Assembly: GCA_964016885.1 (NCBI GenBank)
Contig: OZ024746.1
Coordinates: forward strand, 97,030,001 to 97,094,000
DNA: 64,000 nt
Direction: 5' to 3'
Origin: Eledone cirrhosa
Lineage: Eukaryota
Positions within the stretch are counted from its first letter, which is position 1. Each line of letters begins with the position of its first letter. Below the pieces are notes generated by a model. It was not told the origin of the DNA. It worked only from the letters and a program-made list of their open reading frames with translations, and made no database searches. The translations under genes and the position numbers were made by a program. This document shows, piece by piece, positions 25,468-38,730 of the stretch.

Positions 25468-25655
25468 TATAGATAATTACAACAGTGACGTAAACAGGTA
25501 CTTAAGTTTCGTTGGGTTCTGGGCCCCAACTTCTTTCCTTTTAGGAAAGCATTATCAACCCCAGTCGGCCATTTTTATTTTTATTTTTATTATGACAGTC
25601 TGAATGAACCATCAAAACTTATGTACCTGTTTATGTCACTGTTGTAATTATATAT
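25468..25655. mobile_element. Small fold-back element with 5'-truncated hammerhead
   Basis: Arms ataattacaacagtgacgtaaacaggtac / gtacctgtttatgtcactgttgtaattat. The minus strand reads AAGA-A-GUUGGG...CCCAAC-GAAA-C-UUAA-G-U-A-CCUG, with the CUG of the core missing. Confidence 0.6.
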
Positions 25656-25711
25656 ATATATATATACAGAGAAAGAGAGACAGAGACTAAGATATATATA
25701 TATAAATTTAG

Positions 25712-26349
25712 TTAACCCTTTTGCATATTTACGTTACTCTATATTTACTATTGTATTTTTGTGGTAAAGGCTTTGTCTCACATAATTATCTCACATAATA
25801 TCGAATCTATGTGATTTTGATGGTATTTATTTTGAGAACAATTCCTTAACATAAGTACAAGTGGCCAGTTATGGTCAGTTTGAACAGAAAGAGATGAGAG
25901 AATTCTGGCCGGATACGGCCATTTTAAATGTCTTCAATTAACGTCCTTTCTATAAGATATATGTCTTTTCATAAGAATGGGATCTCCATTTTCTATCATA
26001 TACATTTGAGTTAGTGTATATAACCACAAAGATATGTTCCGAACGTGGAAGAGCTGAACTCATACTGTCATCGCCTCCATCTCTCTCGCCCTCCCCATCT
26101 CTCTGTATGGTGAGCAAATGGGGTCCCATGTCCTGGCCCCCACCCCACAGCTCCAGCAGATGGACTGGAGAAGGCATTTCCTCGGAGGATGGTAAGAGAG
26201 ATGCGCTGGAAGAGTTATTCAAACTCACGAGGCTTACATCTGTGGCTGGCTAGCTCAGCACCTATGGTGATGAGTAGGGAGGTAGGCCTAGGGCCAAGGA
26301 CGCCAGAAGTCTCCACTGCCAAGGGCACGATTAAATGTTAAAGAGTTAA
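25712..26349 (-). mobile_element. piggyBac-type MITE split by a CRE-like insertion
   Basis: MITE body at 25712-25931; its TIR resumes at 26331-26349. Confidence 0.75.
25932..26330 (-). mobile_element. 5'-truncated CRE-like RLE non-LTR retrotransposon with 8-bp TSD
   Basis: Minus frame VPLAVETSGVLGPRPTSLLITIGAELASHRCKPREFE*LFQRISLTILRGNAFS matches the PxAVETxG...QRISxxxxRGNA C-terminus of CRE-clade elements. TSD TTAAATGT at 25924-25931 and 26331-26338. Confidence 0.75.
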
Positions 26350-26610
26350 AATACAAAATAAAACCAACCCACTATATTGGTATGAAGATGATGGTCTTCA
26401 TCAGGCCACACTCACTTTCAACATTTGGTTTCTGTAAATATTTAACTTTGTCACCTACTCCTTTATTTCTAATCATCTTTGCAGATATTTTAAATATTAT
26501 ACCAAACAGATGTTTCTTTGAGAAACTATCACTGCCTTAGAAGGAACCAAGTCAATTTTGGGAGGAGGTTGAAGTGAGTTCTATTATAAATGGAATTAGG
26601 GTGGTAGAAT

Positions 26611-26879
26611 CAGGGTTGGATTTAGGCCCTGGGGGACATGGGGCACTTCAGGTTTTTTTTTGCAGGGGTGGTGTGTGTGGGAGGAGGGGGTTGCTCATAC
26701 ACGAAAAATTAGAATACACAGCAAAGGCCCCAAGTTTTCATATCAAAGTTATACATACAGGTATTAAATTAAAAAATTCTAACCATCCTAAAACTAAAAC
26801 AGCCAGCTGAGGGCACAAATACATTGCTACAACCATTGTTGTTGGGGAATCCCTTTGTCTCTCATGAAATCCAGTCCTG
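26611..26879 (+). mobile_element. hAT-type MITE with 8-bp TSD GGTAGAAT
   Basis: TIRs CAGGGTTGGATTT / AAATCCAGTCCTG. TSD at 26603-26610 and 26880-26887. Confidence 0.85.
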
Positions 26880-27018
26880 GGTAGAATGGCAGATATTTAC
26901 CCTGTAATTAGGAATAATGGAGAGACTATGATAAAAGAAACAACCAAACCTAAGAAATGAAAGACTTAAAGCATCTTAGAAAGTTAACTCAAAATCTATT
27001 TCAAGCTTAATAAAATTA

Positions 27019-27333
27019 ATAATTGTTTCTGCTTTTGGCACAAGGCCAGCAATTACCCAGTACATTACTGGTACTTTATTTTATCGACCCCGTAAGGATG
27101 AAAGGCAAAGTTAACCTCAGCGGGATTTGAACTTAATAAAATTAATAATTGTTTCTACGTTAGGCACAAGGCCAGCAATTATCCAGTGCATTACTGGTAC
27201 TTTATTTTATCGACCCCGTAAGGATGAAAGGCAAAGTTAACCTCGGAGGGATTTGAACTCAGAATGGCAAGGGCCGTAACTCTATACGTCAAAGCATGGC
27301 GTCCGACCCTCTACCGATACTGCCAATTCACCA
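27019..27333 (-). mobile_element. SINE family A with tandem duplication of its 3' part
   Basis: cttaataaaattaataattgtttct...gggatttgaact occurs twice, about 126 bp apart. Confidence 0.8.
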
Positions 27334-27411
27334 TAATGAAATAAAATAAGAAAATAAGCCAAAATTAGGACAAAAAATAATAAACAAAGAATATGAAAGA
27401 AAATTCTGTGA

Positions 27412-27586
<175 letters not shown>

Positions 27587-27600
27587 CACACACTCATATA

Positions 27601-28467
27601 CAGGGTGTGGATGATATTTGTTCGCAATTTTCAACTGCTAATGTTATGCAAATTTTTTTTACTTCCGTTGTCACTCTTGTCTTCATAAAAACAGTGACTA
27701 TATTTCCATTATTTATTTTCAGAATAATTTTGAATCTCCATATTTGTGGAAGAGACACGGAGTTCTTCTTGGAATCTGCGCCGGGAGCACAAATAAGACC
27801 AGAAGATAAACTCCCAGAACAACATGTGGTTCGCTGTCTCATCCAAAGACGTGCCCAGAGTCATGCAGACAAAGTTTCCAGCGACAACATTGGTCTTAGG
27901 TGTCGTCAGCAGTCAAGGTGACGTCATGCCACCTCACTTCTTCCCTGAGGGCCTCAAGCTGAACACTGATGGCTACATCCGCGTTCTGAGCGAGGTAGTA
28001 AAGCCCTGGATCGACCAGGTAGCTGCAGGTAGGCCGTACGTGTGGCAGCAAGACTCAGCGCCCTACCATACCAGCCAAAAGACCCAAGCCTGGCTGTCAG
28101 AGAACTTTGTCGACCACACTTCACCTGACATCTGGCCTCCCAGCTCGTCTGACTGCAACTCCCTCAACTTATTTGTGTGGGGTGCAGTGGGATGAGACAC
28201 CACCAGATCTAGCTGCAATACGAAAGATGATCTGAAGGCCAGGATCACAAGTGTTTTTAGGGTCCTAAGTCGGGGGACAGTGACGAAGGTCTGTAGCCGG
28301 TTCCGAGGCCGTCATCAAAGCCAATGGCAGGTTTATCGAGTGAGATCGAAAGAACAAGTCATGAAGACAAACGGACCCAAGTTTGATAAATAAATCTTAA
28401 AAAATAAAACTACTGTGTTATATTTTCCTAGACAGTAATCTTGCGAACAAATATCGTCCGCACCCTG
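27601..28467 (+). mobile_element. Internally deleted Tc1/mariner transposon, maT (DD37D) family
   Basis: 27-bp TIRs CAGGGTGTGGATGATATTTGTTCGCAA / TTGCGAACAAATATCGTCCGCACCCTG with TA TSDs at 27599-27600 and 28468-28469. Confidence 0.92.
27796..28343 (+). pseudogene. maT/DD37D transposase catalytic-domain remnant
   Basis: [11 protein letters not shown]...[17 protein letters not shown]...WQQDSAPYH...WPPSSSDCNSLNLFVWG. There are 37 residues between the second D and the third catalytic position (mutated to N). The first D and the HTH are deleted, with a premature stop at 28193-28195. Confidence 0.88.
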
Positions 28468-28566
28468 TATGTATATATATATATATACACACATATATGT
28501 TCACTTTTCTTAAGACTAAATTGTGTGTCTTATCACTCTGGAGTTTTGCCTGTTCATCACAGGGTC

Positions 28567-28604
<38 letters not shown>

Positions 28605-28890
28605 GTTTGCACATGACAAGTACTTCGCTAAGGTGCACAAACCTGGGGAAAGTATTTTATATTAGACTAGCAGTTACCCATGCGTACCAATCTTTTTTCT
28701 CTCTATGTCACCAATGTTGTGCAAGAGATAAACAAAGGCCAATATATCTTGGCACCAGTGACAACTGATCTTCTCCAGCTGAGTGGACTGGAGGAAGATG
28801 AAATAATATGTTTTACTTAGAAATGTCTGCCATCTAGTCTGGAAATTGAACAAATGACATTACAATTGTGTAACCCCTAAGCTACATGCC

Positions 28891-28983
<93 letters not shown>

Positions 28984-29009
28984 ACATATATGCACACAGG
29001 TACACACAC

Positions 29010-29055
<46 letters not shown>

Positions 29056-30117
29056 GTGTATGTATGTGTATATTTAAATATATATATGACTTTTGCAAGT
29101 AATTCTTGAAGAAATTCTTATCAATGTTTTTTAGAAATTCTCTAAATATTTGTAATATACTTTAGGTATAGACTTTTCAGATTATTGTCATGAATTCTTA
29201 TATTTGTAATGATGTTTTTAAAATACATTTTTTTCTTCAATCATTGCTGTTTATAAGAGGATTACAGATTAAATCCATTTAGCTCTATATTCATTCTAAT
29301 ATAAAAGATCTTTCTGCTCACACTGTGTTCACTATTTTGCTTAAATATAATTTTGTAATATAAATATTAAGAAAAAGCACCTGTCACATTATTTGATTAA
29401 AAATAATACTTAAGTTTCAAGTAGGTAAAAAGCTGAATTTTCTGATCAATGAATACATTGAATGGTTATGTCAATTGTAGATAGAAAAAAAAAAATTTAA
29501 TTTTTAATAAACAGTACACATATAATTTTTTTCGTTGCAGAGTTCTTGATGAGGCACTTAAAAGATATATAAACATATTTCATATATAGTAAGGCATTAG
29601 ATGTTATAAAATTACACAAAATCTCATGAAAAATTGCAATAAATTGACGAAATATAAACATAGAGAGTAGGAATTATAAAAATAGAAAATATAGAGTAGA
29701 GAACCATATATGACATGATTTCTAAGAGAAGTGTATAAAGCAGAAACATTCTGGTGTCTTTATCTCACTGGTATATTCATGGATGGAAAACAAACAAGGC
29801 TACCAAAATATTCAGAGATAGATGAATAATTTTAATCTATGTATATAATGGGAAAGAAAACATTGTTTCAAAACATGCTTTTCCTCTTCACCTAATTTTT
29901 ATGAGCAAATACATGTCTATGCAGAGCCAGCACCTGAATATTTAGTGTTGTAGGTTATCCCTACAATGTGCATGCTGTTCGCTCTGTTATATATCTCATT
30001 ACCCCAAATAAAATAGTTCTAGGTTTGTTAAGCTGACAAAAAGAGGTTTCAACACTTTTACTCTGACCACACTAAGAAAATGACTAGACTTGCATTATCT
30101 TCTATGCAATCCACACT

Positions 30118-30418
30118 CAGGGTTGGATTTAGAGCTTGGGAGAACCAGGGCACTTTAGGTTTGGGGAGCCCCTCATACACAAAAAATAAGAATACACAGC
30201 AAAACCCAAAATTTTACATATCAAAGTTAGCTTGGTACAAGTAATTGGAACTGAAAAGTTATACATACAGGCATTACATTCAAAAATTCTAACCATCCTA
30301 AAACTAAAAAGCCCAGCTGAGGGCACAAATAAATTGCTACGGCCATCACTGGTGGGGCCTCCTTCTGCAGGGGGCCCGAGGCAATTGGCCCCTTTGCCCC
30401 CCATTAAATTCAGCCCTG
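30118..30418 (+). mobile_element. hAT-type MITE with 8-bp TSD TCCACACT
   Basis: TIRs CAGGGTTGGATTTA / TAAATTCAGCCCTG. TSD at 30110-30117 and 30419-30426. Body shared with 26611-26879. Confidence 0.9.
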
Positions 30419-30651
30419 TCCACACTCACTCTTATCAAATCATGTTAACAGTGATAAACATTATTTAGCTCTCTCCACCAGTTTGGCAAAGATGTTTAAT
30501 AATTCATGATTGATAGCATATAATAAATTATGAAATTATAATATATTTGATTTAATTATACAAATTTGTATAAAACTGATCTTTTAATGTTTAGTAATGT
30601 TCCTCTCAGAGGTCTGTACCCTAGCTAGTTACCTAGTTGGCTTAATGTGTG

Positions 30652-30700
<49 letters not shown>

Positions 30701-30804
30701 TGTTAGTGTGTGCCTGTGTGCACATGAGTGAGTGAATGTATGTGTGTGTGTATTAATAAATAATGCTCATCACAAAATATAGTACCTTGTAGGACTAACT
30801 ACAG

Positions 30805-31940
30805 ATTCAGCTACACTAAAGCTATAAGAGAGAGGTTTCTCTCTCTAGAGAAGATGTTTAGCTACACTAAAGATATGAGGTCTCTCTCTCTGGAGAGCAT
30901 GTTTAGCTACACTCAAACTATGAGGTCTCTCTCTCTGGAGAGCATGTTTAGCTACACTCAAACTATGAGGTCTCTCTCTCTGAAGAGCATGTTAACCTAC
31001 ACTAAAGATATGAGGTCTCTCTCTCTGGAGAGCATGTTTAACTACACTAAAGATATGAGGTCTCTCTCTCTGGAGAGCATGTTTAGCTACACTCAAACTA
31101 TGAGGTCTCTCTCTCTGGAGAGCATGTTTAGCTACACTCAAACTATGAGGTCTCTCTCTCTGGAGAGCATGTTTAGCTACACTCAAACTATGAGGTCTCT
31201 CTCTCTGAAGAGCATGTTAACCTACACTAAAGATATGAGGTCTCTCTCTCTGGAGAGCATGTTTAACTACACTAAAGATATGAGGTCTCTCTCTCTGGAG
31301 AGCATGTTTAGCTACACTAAAGATATGAGGTCTCTCTCTCTGGAGAGCATGTTTAGCTACACTCAAACTATGAGGTCTCTCTCTCTGGAGAGCATGTTTA
31401 GCTACACTAAAGATATGAGGTCTCTCTCTCTGGAGAGCATGTTTAGCTACACTAAAGATATGAGGTCTCTCTCTCTGGAGAGCATGTTTAACTACACTAA
31501 AGATATGAGGTCTCTCTCTCTGGAGAGCATGTTTAACTACACTAAAGATATGAGGTCTCTCTCTCTGGAGAGCATGTTTAGCTACACTAAAGATATGAGG
31601 TCTCTCTCTCTGGAGAGCATGTTTAGCTACATTAAAGGTATGTGAAGTCTCCTTCTAGAGGGGATGTTTAGCCACACGAAAGATAAAACAGAGATGTCGC
31701 CCTCTAGAGAAGATGTTTATCTAAACTAAGCTATGAGAGGTCTCTCTCTCTAGAGAATATTTTTAGCTCCATTAAAGTTATGAGATGTCTCCTTCTAGTG
31801 AGGCTGTTTAGCTGCCCTAAAGATATAAGGCGTCTCTCTAGAGAAGATGTTTAGCTACACTAAAGATATTAGGTCTTACTCTAGAGAGAATATTTAGCAA
31901 CATTAAAGGTATGAGAAAGAGGTCTCCCTTTAGTGAGGAT
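30805..31940. repeat. 45-bp minisatellite (about 17.5 homogeneous units at 30854-31645 plus degenerate flanks)
   Basis: Unit ATGTTTAGCTACACTAAAGATATGAGGTCTCTCTCTCTGGAGAGC. Confidence 0.95.
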
Positions 31941-32184
31941 GTAAGCAATTCTGGTAGAGGATCTAGTTCCTGTGTCTTCAGCTACAAAAGGTGAGGTAGT
32001 AAGTGTTATGTTGATTCAGACATAATGAAATACCTACCCACAATGGAATATAGACTAATAAGTTAATTCCTTTCTATACAAATACACTCACACATGAACA
32101 TAGATATTTATATTCTTTTATTGCTTTAGTGGCTTCACTGATTGGACTGTTGCCATGCTGAAGCACCACTTTTAATTAAGAGTT

Positions 32185-32504
32185 TACACAATCATAGTTG
32201 TGTTGGTACTACAACATCCAGTCCAAACTAAAGAGGTTGTGTAGGTGGCATGACAAAAAAGCACCCAGCCCACACTGTAATGTGGTCGTGTAGGAGACAC
32301 GGTAAAAAGGCTCCCAGTCCACACTGTAAGTGTGGTTGGTGTTAGGAATGGCATCCAGCAGTAGAAAACCTGCCAGATACAGTTCTATATGAGTGAGACA
32401 TGGTCACCCAATCGATCTTGCCACAAGTGGGACAATTCCCATGTAACTCATGCTAGCATGGAAGATAGACATTAAACAATGATGATGATGATGATGATGA
32501 TGAT
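32185..32504 (+). mobile_element. RTE 3' UTR fragment with (GAT)n tail
   Basis: Matches 8540-8828. Confidence 0.75.
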
Positions 32505-33577
32505 ATTGACCTTAGGATCTATTTCATTGATCACAGTTTGTAAGACATCACAGAACAAACAGACAACATCTCTTGTTAAGTGATGTAGATATAAACACAC
32601 AGATTAAAAAAGGGTAAAGATGCCATAACTCCTTGTGGAGTCGTAGAGACACCGTCAAATGGTGTGTCTAGGGCATATTTAAACCCGGCAGAGCCCAACC
32701 CTCTCCAGGTCTGAACACAGCCGATTTTTTGTATAGAGAAAGAATCGGCCCCAGTATTGGACTGGTACTTTTTTTATCGACCTTGAAAGGATGAAAGGCA
32801 AAGTTGACCTTGGTGGGATTTGAACTCAGAGATTGCAATGAGGTGGGATGAATACCGTAAAGAATTCTATCCGACGTCTGAACACTTTCATACAATACAT
32901 GCAGACACACATATACACATATAGAGGTAACCAAGACTACACAAATTTGTATATAAAATTATAGACTTTTTATATATAGGCATGTAGAGATGCCAAATAT
33001 TGAAAAACTGATGAAATCATTTTTTCTTCATTTTTTTCAATTTACAGGGAAATATGTATATATGGCATGTTTACATACCTATATACATATTTATGCAGTC
33101 TCAGTTACTGTTATGCTGTATGTATGTATATATACACACACTTAGACACCTTACACATACAACAAAATAACTTTAATACACTTATTAACCCTCTTGGGCT
33201 GTTGGCGACACAAGTCACTGATAGAGTGATTTCCCCTTAATACATAATACAGTCTCAAGGGAAAAAAATTCAGCGTTCTAAAGATTAATAAACAAACATG
33301 CAAAAAAGCACACATCGTCACACACACACACACACACACACACGCAGACACACACACACACACACATATGCATTTCTCACTGTATCTCTCCTTTCCTGCT
33401 ACACACTAGAAATCATGAGAATATATAGTATTCCCTAGAGTATACATCGGTTGATTAACATAATTTGCATAACAAGCGATTTATGGCTGGCTTTGCCGAA
33501 AATTAAAAACAAAATTTGTTTTTGCTCTAACATAGTGCATACCTAAATGTATTTGTGAGTTTTATATCTAATAATAA

Positions 33578-33955
33578 TAATTGTTTCTACTTTTGGCACA
33601 AGGCCGGCAATACCCAGTGTATTACTGGTACTTTATTTTATTGACCCCATAAGGTTAACTTTGCCTTTCATCCTTACGGGGGTCGATAAAATAAAGTACC
33701 AGTAATACACTGGGTAATTGCTGGCCTTGTGCCAAAAGTAGAAACAATTATATCTAATAATAATAATTGTTTCTACTTTTGGCACAAGGCCAGCAATTAT
33801 TCCAGTGTATTACTGGTACTTTATTTTATCGACCCCATAAAGATGAAAGGCAAAGTTAAACTTGGTGGAATTTGAACTCAGATCAGAAAGGGCTATAACT
33901 CTATGCCACAAGCATGGTGTCTGATGCTCTACCGATACTGCCAATCCACCGCCTC
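33578..33955. mobile_element. SINE family A cluster: inverted fusion of two 3' halves plus a full minus copy
   Basis: 33578-33654 (minus) joined to 33655-33750 (plus), followed by 33763-33955 (minus). Confidence 0.8.
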
Positions 33956-34323
33956 TAATAATAATAATATTGTAATAATATTATTAATATTTGATTCGCT
34001 TTCAAGCAAATAGCTTCATAATTCTATGTGTTTTATAATGCCATAAAATCACTCGGTATGCAAATTAGGCTAATCGGCTGATGTATAATTTGGAGAATAC
34101 TATATATTTTCAAGAGTTCTAGTGGGTTACTGAAAAGAAAGATACACAATCCTGACAAGGGGCAATAACCCTGAAAAAATTGTTGATTGTTTCTCTCTGC
34201 TACCACAAGAACAAAAGGATAATGATAACCATCTAAAACATGGCATAATGAAGATGTTTGCTTGCAAATGGATCGAATATTTATAATATTATTATAATGT
34301 TATTATTATTTGATATAAAACTC

Positions 34324-34358
<35 letters not shown>

Positions 34359-34429
34359 TGTTTCTACTTTAGGCGCAAGGCCAGCAATTACCCAGTGCAT
34401 TACTGGTACTTTATAATAATAATAATTAC

Positions 34430-34926
34430 CAAGGGTAACAAATCACTTCGTTCTGAGAAATGGTATAAGCATAAGACAGAGTCAGTAATAGAAAACGATC
34501 GGGTGAAGGTGTTATGGGATTTCAGGATACAAATGGACAAGAAATTAGAACACAATAGGCCTGACCTGGTGGTTTTTAACAAAGAACAAATATCTTGTTT
34601 GATTACAGATGTACCTTGCCCCTTTGAACAAGAGTGCAAGAAAAGGAGGAGAAAATTAACCAGTACCAGGAATTAAAGGATTTGGAACTGTCATGAGATG
34701 AAGGTCATCCCGATAGTCATAGAAATAATAGTTACTATCTTGAAGAACTTCCAAGGCTGGTTAAAGAACATTAGGTGAGCCCCCTTTATAGAACACTCCA
34801 GAGGGTATGTCTACTGAGAACAAGGACCCTACAATACGTCCTGAATATCTGAGGCTGCAGGAAGCGGCTTGATGTTCATTAAGACAAATTTTCTGGTTAA
34901 ATAACATCAATGACTGAGATATCAAA
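34430..34926 (+). mobile_element. R4/Dong-like RLE LINE 3' fragment
   Basis: WYKHKTESVIENDRVKVLWDFRIQMDKKLEHNRPDLVVFNK...ITDVPCPF, adjacent to (TAA)n. Paralog at 56119-56520. Confidence 0.85.
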
Positions 34927-35975
34927 GTAATAATTGTTTCTACTATTGGCACAAGGCCAGCAATTATCCCAGTGCATTACTGGTACTTTATTTTATCGAC
35001 CCCGTAAGGATGAAAGGCAAAGTTAATCTCGGTGGGATTTGAACTCAGACCATAAAGGAGTGTAAGTTTATGCTGCAAAGCATGGCGTCCGAATAATTGC
35101 TTCTACTTTTGGCACAAGGCGGGCAATTTAAAAGGAAGGGAAAGTTGATTAAATCGAACCCAGTACATTACTGGTGCTTTATTTTATTGACCCTGCAAGG
35201 ATGAACGGCTATTTGACATATATATGCATATATATTTATGCTATAGGTACATTCTATAGTACAATTTAGCAGTGAAAATTAAAACAAAACAAAGTTAGTA
35301 TACCAGTAATTTCTTAATGTAAGTATTGATCAAGTACTTAAGTATAACTTTCCATAACTCTTGTAAAGAATGCTCCAGCATGGCCAGAATCCAATAAAAG
35401 AATTAGAACAATATTCTTCTAAATATTTACAGAGAGCAGCTTCAATGTAAGTTGTTTTGATTATGAAAATAATAAAACCAGTTGGGTGTAAGCCCCTAGG
35501 AAAAGAAATAGTGGGAATCAATTCACACCTGACATATGCCAAATAGCTGTGCTAAACTGGAGTTTTATATGCCCAAATTATTTGACTATTTTCATAGTAA
35601 AAAAAAAATCTTTCTTTAAGCAATTGGACGTTACTTTTACTAAATGTTGGGTTGGTGATGCTCTGAGAACATGAATTGCTGAGTGATACTGGCCATTAAA
35701 GCATGATAAGGATTTAATGGTTCTGATATTGAATAATAAATATATGTACTCCAATCTACACATTGCTCTGCAAATGCACTCAAGAGTCTTTCAAAGTAAA
35801 ACTATAAAATTGCATACCCTATATATATATATATTCCTTCCATATACTGTAGTGTTTCTTTTTGTTATTTATGTTTACATCTTACATAAACACACATATA
35901 TATATATATTTATATAATCCTGGTTATTTTTATTCCTTTTATCTATCTATCAGTCTATCTAACGATATATATATA

Positions 35976-36028
<53 letters not shown>

Positions 36029-36057
36029 TACACACTCACATTATATTACCATATATA

Positions 36058-36251
36058 AGGGTGGTGGATTGGCAGTATCGGTAGAGCGTCGGACACCATG
36101 CTTTGCAGCAAAGAGTTACACCCCTTTATGGTCTAAGTTCAAATCCTACCAAGGTTAACTTTGCCTTTCATCCTTACAGGGTCGATAAAATAAAGTACCA
36201 GTAAGCTACTGGATAATTGCTGGCCTTGTGCCAAAAGTAGAAACAATTATA
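36058..36251 (+). mobile_element. Full-length SINE family A
   Basis: A box tggcagtatcgg, B box aagttcaaatcc, central domain and tail gccaaaagtagaaacaattat. Confidence 0.85.
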
Positions 36252-36923
36252 TTACCAGATATTTTTATGATGTCTATATCATTGTGCATATATCTAGGTG
36301 AATCAATAGAGTTGTAAGTATTTTCTTTATATCCAAGATATCATATTGACACTTTTTCAGATAAAATAAGCATAATATGATGGTTATTTCAGAAAATTAG
36401 AACTTTTATTATACCAAGATTGTGTTTGATTATATCCACTAAATACTGTCTTAGTTATCTATTTTACCACTTTAGAGTTGACTTCTATTTTGATAGAAAG
36501 TTTAGCAAATAACTAGTTAGATAAGGATGCTTAATACAATTATATATATTTATTTTATGGAAGTAATGTATTTTATTATTTTATGATTGAGAGAATATAC
36601 AGGAAAATAAGTGATTTCACTTGTGAATGGAAATGCTCTTAAGGATTTCAATTCAAACTTAAAATTTGAACTGTTAATGATGCTACCGACATTAGACAGT
36701 ATTATATTGCTATTGCATTAAATATACACCCCCACACAATAAAACCTGAATATCCAAACTATCTACGCAGGAAATATGAGGCACGGGTCAAATTTACGTT
36801 AAATTATATAAATTCATATCATTTTCAAATTTATATACATATGCATATTTTTTAAATTATATCTAGAATGTACATAAAACTTGATTTAGCTAATTCTCAA
36901 AGTGATAGACTATCTTCACAGAA

Positions 36924-37200
36924 TCATCATCATCATCATCATCGTCATCGTTTAACGTCCATCTTCCACGTTTGAATGGGTTTGGACGGGAGGTTTCCCA
37001 CTTGAGGCAAGATTTGTTGTCCTGCTCGTATAGGACTGTCTGGCGGGTTTTCTACGGCTGGGTGCTCTTCCTAACACCAACCACGTTTACAGTGTGGACT
37101 GGGAGGTTTTTACCGTGTTACCTACACGGCCACATTACAGCGTGGACTGTGTGTTTTTTTTGTCGTGACACCTACATGACCTCATTTGTTTCGGACTGGA
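36924..37200 (-). mobile_element. RTE 3' UTR fragment
   Basis: (CAT)n followed by the reverse complement of the RTE tail. Confidence 0.8.
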
Positions 37201-37667
37201 AACATATATATGGATACTAAAAGATACATATTAAGAGAAGGCCTATAAAACATATTAGGGTTTCCCTTGATGATTTGCAAAGAATGAAGATATATACATG
37301 TATTCCTTATATGCAAATCAAGTGAGTTCACCCTGAATACATGTTATAAAAAGATACTATCTGTGATAGTTACAAACCACAGATTCCCAAACATCAAAAT
37401 TATGCTGAATCAAGAGTTAAAATGCCTGAATCACTTAATGAGAAACATAATGAGACATATCTAATATTGTTTCTACTTTAGGCACAAGGCCAGCAATTAT
37501 CCAGTACATTACTGGTACTTTATTTTATCGACCCCGTAAGGATGAAAGGCAAAGTCAACCTCAGCGGGATTTGAACTCAGACATATCTAATATTGCATAT
37601 GCAAAAGAAAAACAAAAACAACACTTTTGTTATTTTTGTTTTCTGTTATTTCGAACTATATATATAT

Positions 37668-37841
37668 ATAGGAAAATGTTTGACCCCGACGGCAGAGCTC
37701 AAGCCATTTCGATGACTATTTCTGAACTTGAGCTCTGCCGTCGGGGTGAAACATTTTCCTATTACCCACTCTACTACCCTAAGTATTGAGTACTCTGGTG
37801 TGTTATGGTCCATCTGGTTCCTTACCACACTTCCTTCGTTA
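37668..37841. mobile_element. Short fold-back element, second copy of 2324-2516
   Basis: Same arms with a central deletion, same tail, (TA)n on both sides. Confidence 0.75.
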
Positions 37842-38337
37842 TATATATATATATATATATATATATTCATAGAGAGTGTGTAAATATAGAGAGACCATTT
37901 ATTGAACTAAAAAGTGACACTCCGTAAGGAAAAATGTTATTGAATAATCTGGTAAATATTTTAGTGTGGAATTCTAATAAAATATCCTGTTCAAGTGATT
38001 ACTACAAGGCATTCTACCATAATGAAATATATCTGAAAAGTCAATGAACTACAACAATACAGCTGACTACAACATTGCCAACAATATATTAAGTCTACTT
38101 CAGCTGAAGCTATAGGGTCTACATTAAAAAAAAATGAATAGTTATGTCCGGATCAACCATACAGAGAACATATGGTGAGAAGGTTACCACAAGTGACCTG
38201 ATCACAGACCAATCATAAATGTTAAAATTCTTTAAGAAACATGTTAGTAGTCTGTCTGTTCATCAACACCACAAAGGGAGACTTTGCCTGCTTAACTGAA
38301 AATGAAACAAACATTTTATAAGCTATTTATGTTTTAA

Positions 38338-38730
38338 TCATCATCATCATCATCATCATCGTTTAACATCTATCTTCCATATATAGCATGGGTTAGATGG
38401 GAATAGTCCCACTTGAGGCAAGATTGACCATGTCTCGCTTGTGTAGAACTGTATTTGGCAGGTTTTCTACGGCTGGATACCCTTCCTAACACCAACCACA
38501 TTTACAGTGTGAACTGGGAGCATTTTTAACGTGTTTCCTACACGGTCACATTACAGCATGGATTGTGTGCTTTTTTTTGTCGTAACACCTACACAACTTC
38601 TTTAGTGTGGACTGCATGTTCTGTGGTACCAACACAACTTTATAGGGTAAGGGTGGTGTTGGTGGGAGTGGGAGGATGGAGTAGGGGTAGTGGGTTGAGG
38701 TCTATATTTGGTTAAGAGGGGCCTACTGAC
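38338..38730 (-). mobile_element. RTE 3' UTR fragment
   Basis: (CAT)n plus reverse complement of the RTE tail, partly duplicated in inverted form at 39196-39445. Confidence 0.75.

Noticed and set aside
30854-31645. 263-aa ORF of MFSYTKDMRSLSLES repeats
   Set aside because: Minisatellite translation with no domain or splice context.
36058-36150. Functional tRNA genes at SINE heads
   Set aside because: A and B boxes are present, but there is no cloverleaf and each continues into a SINE body.
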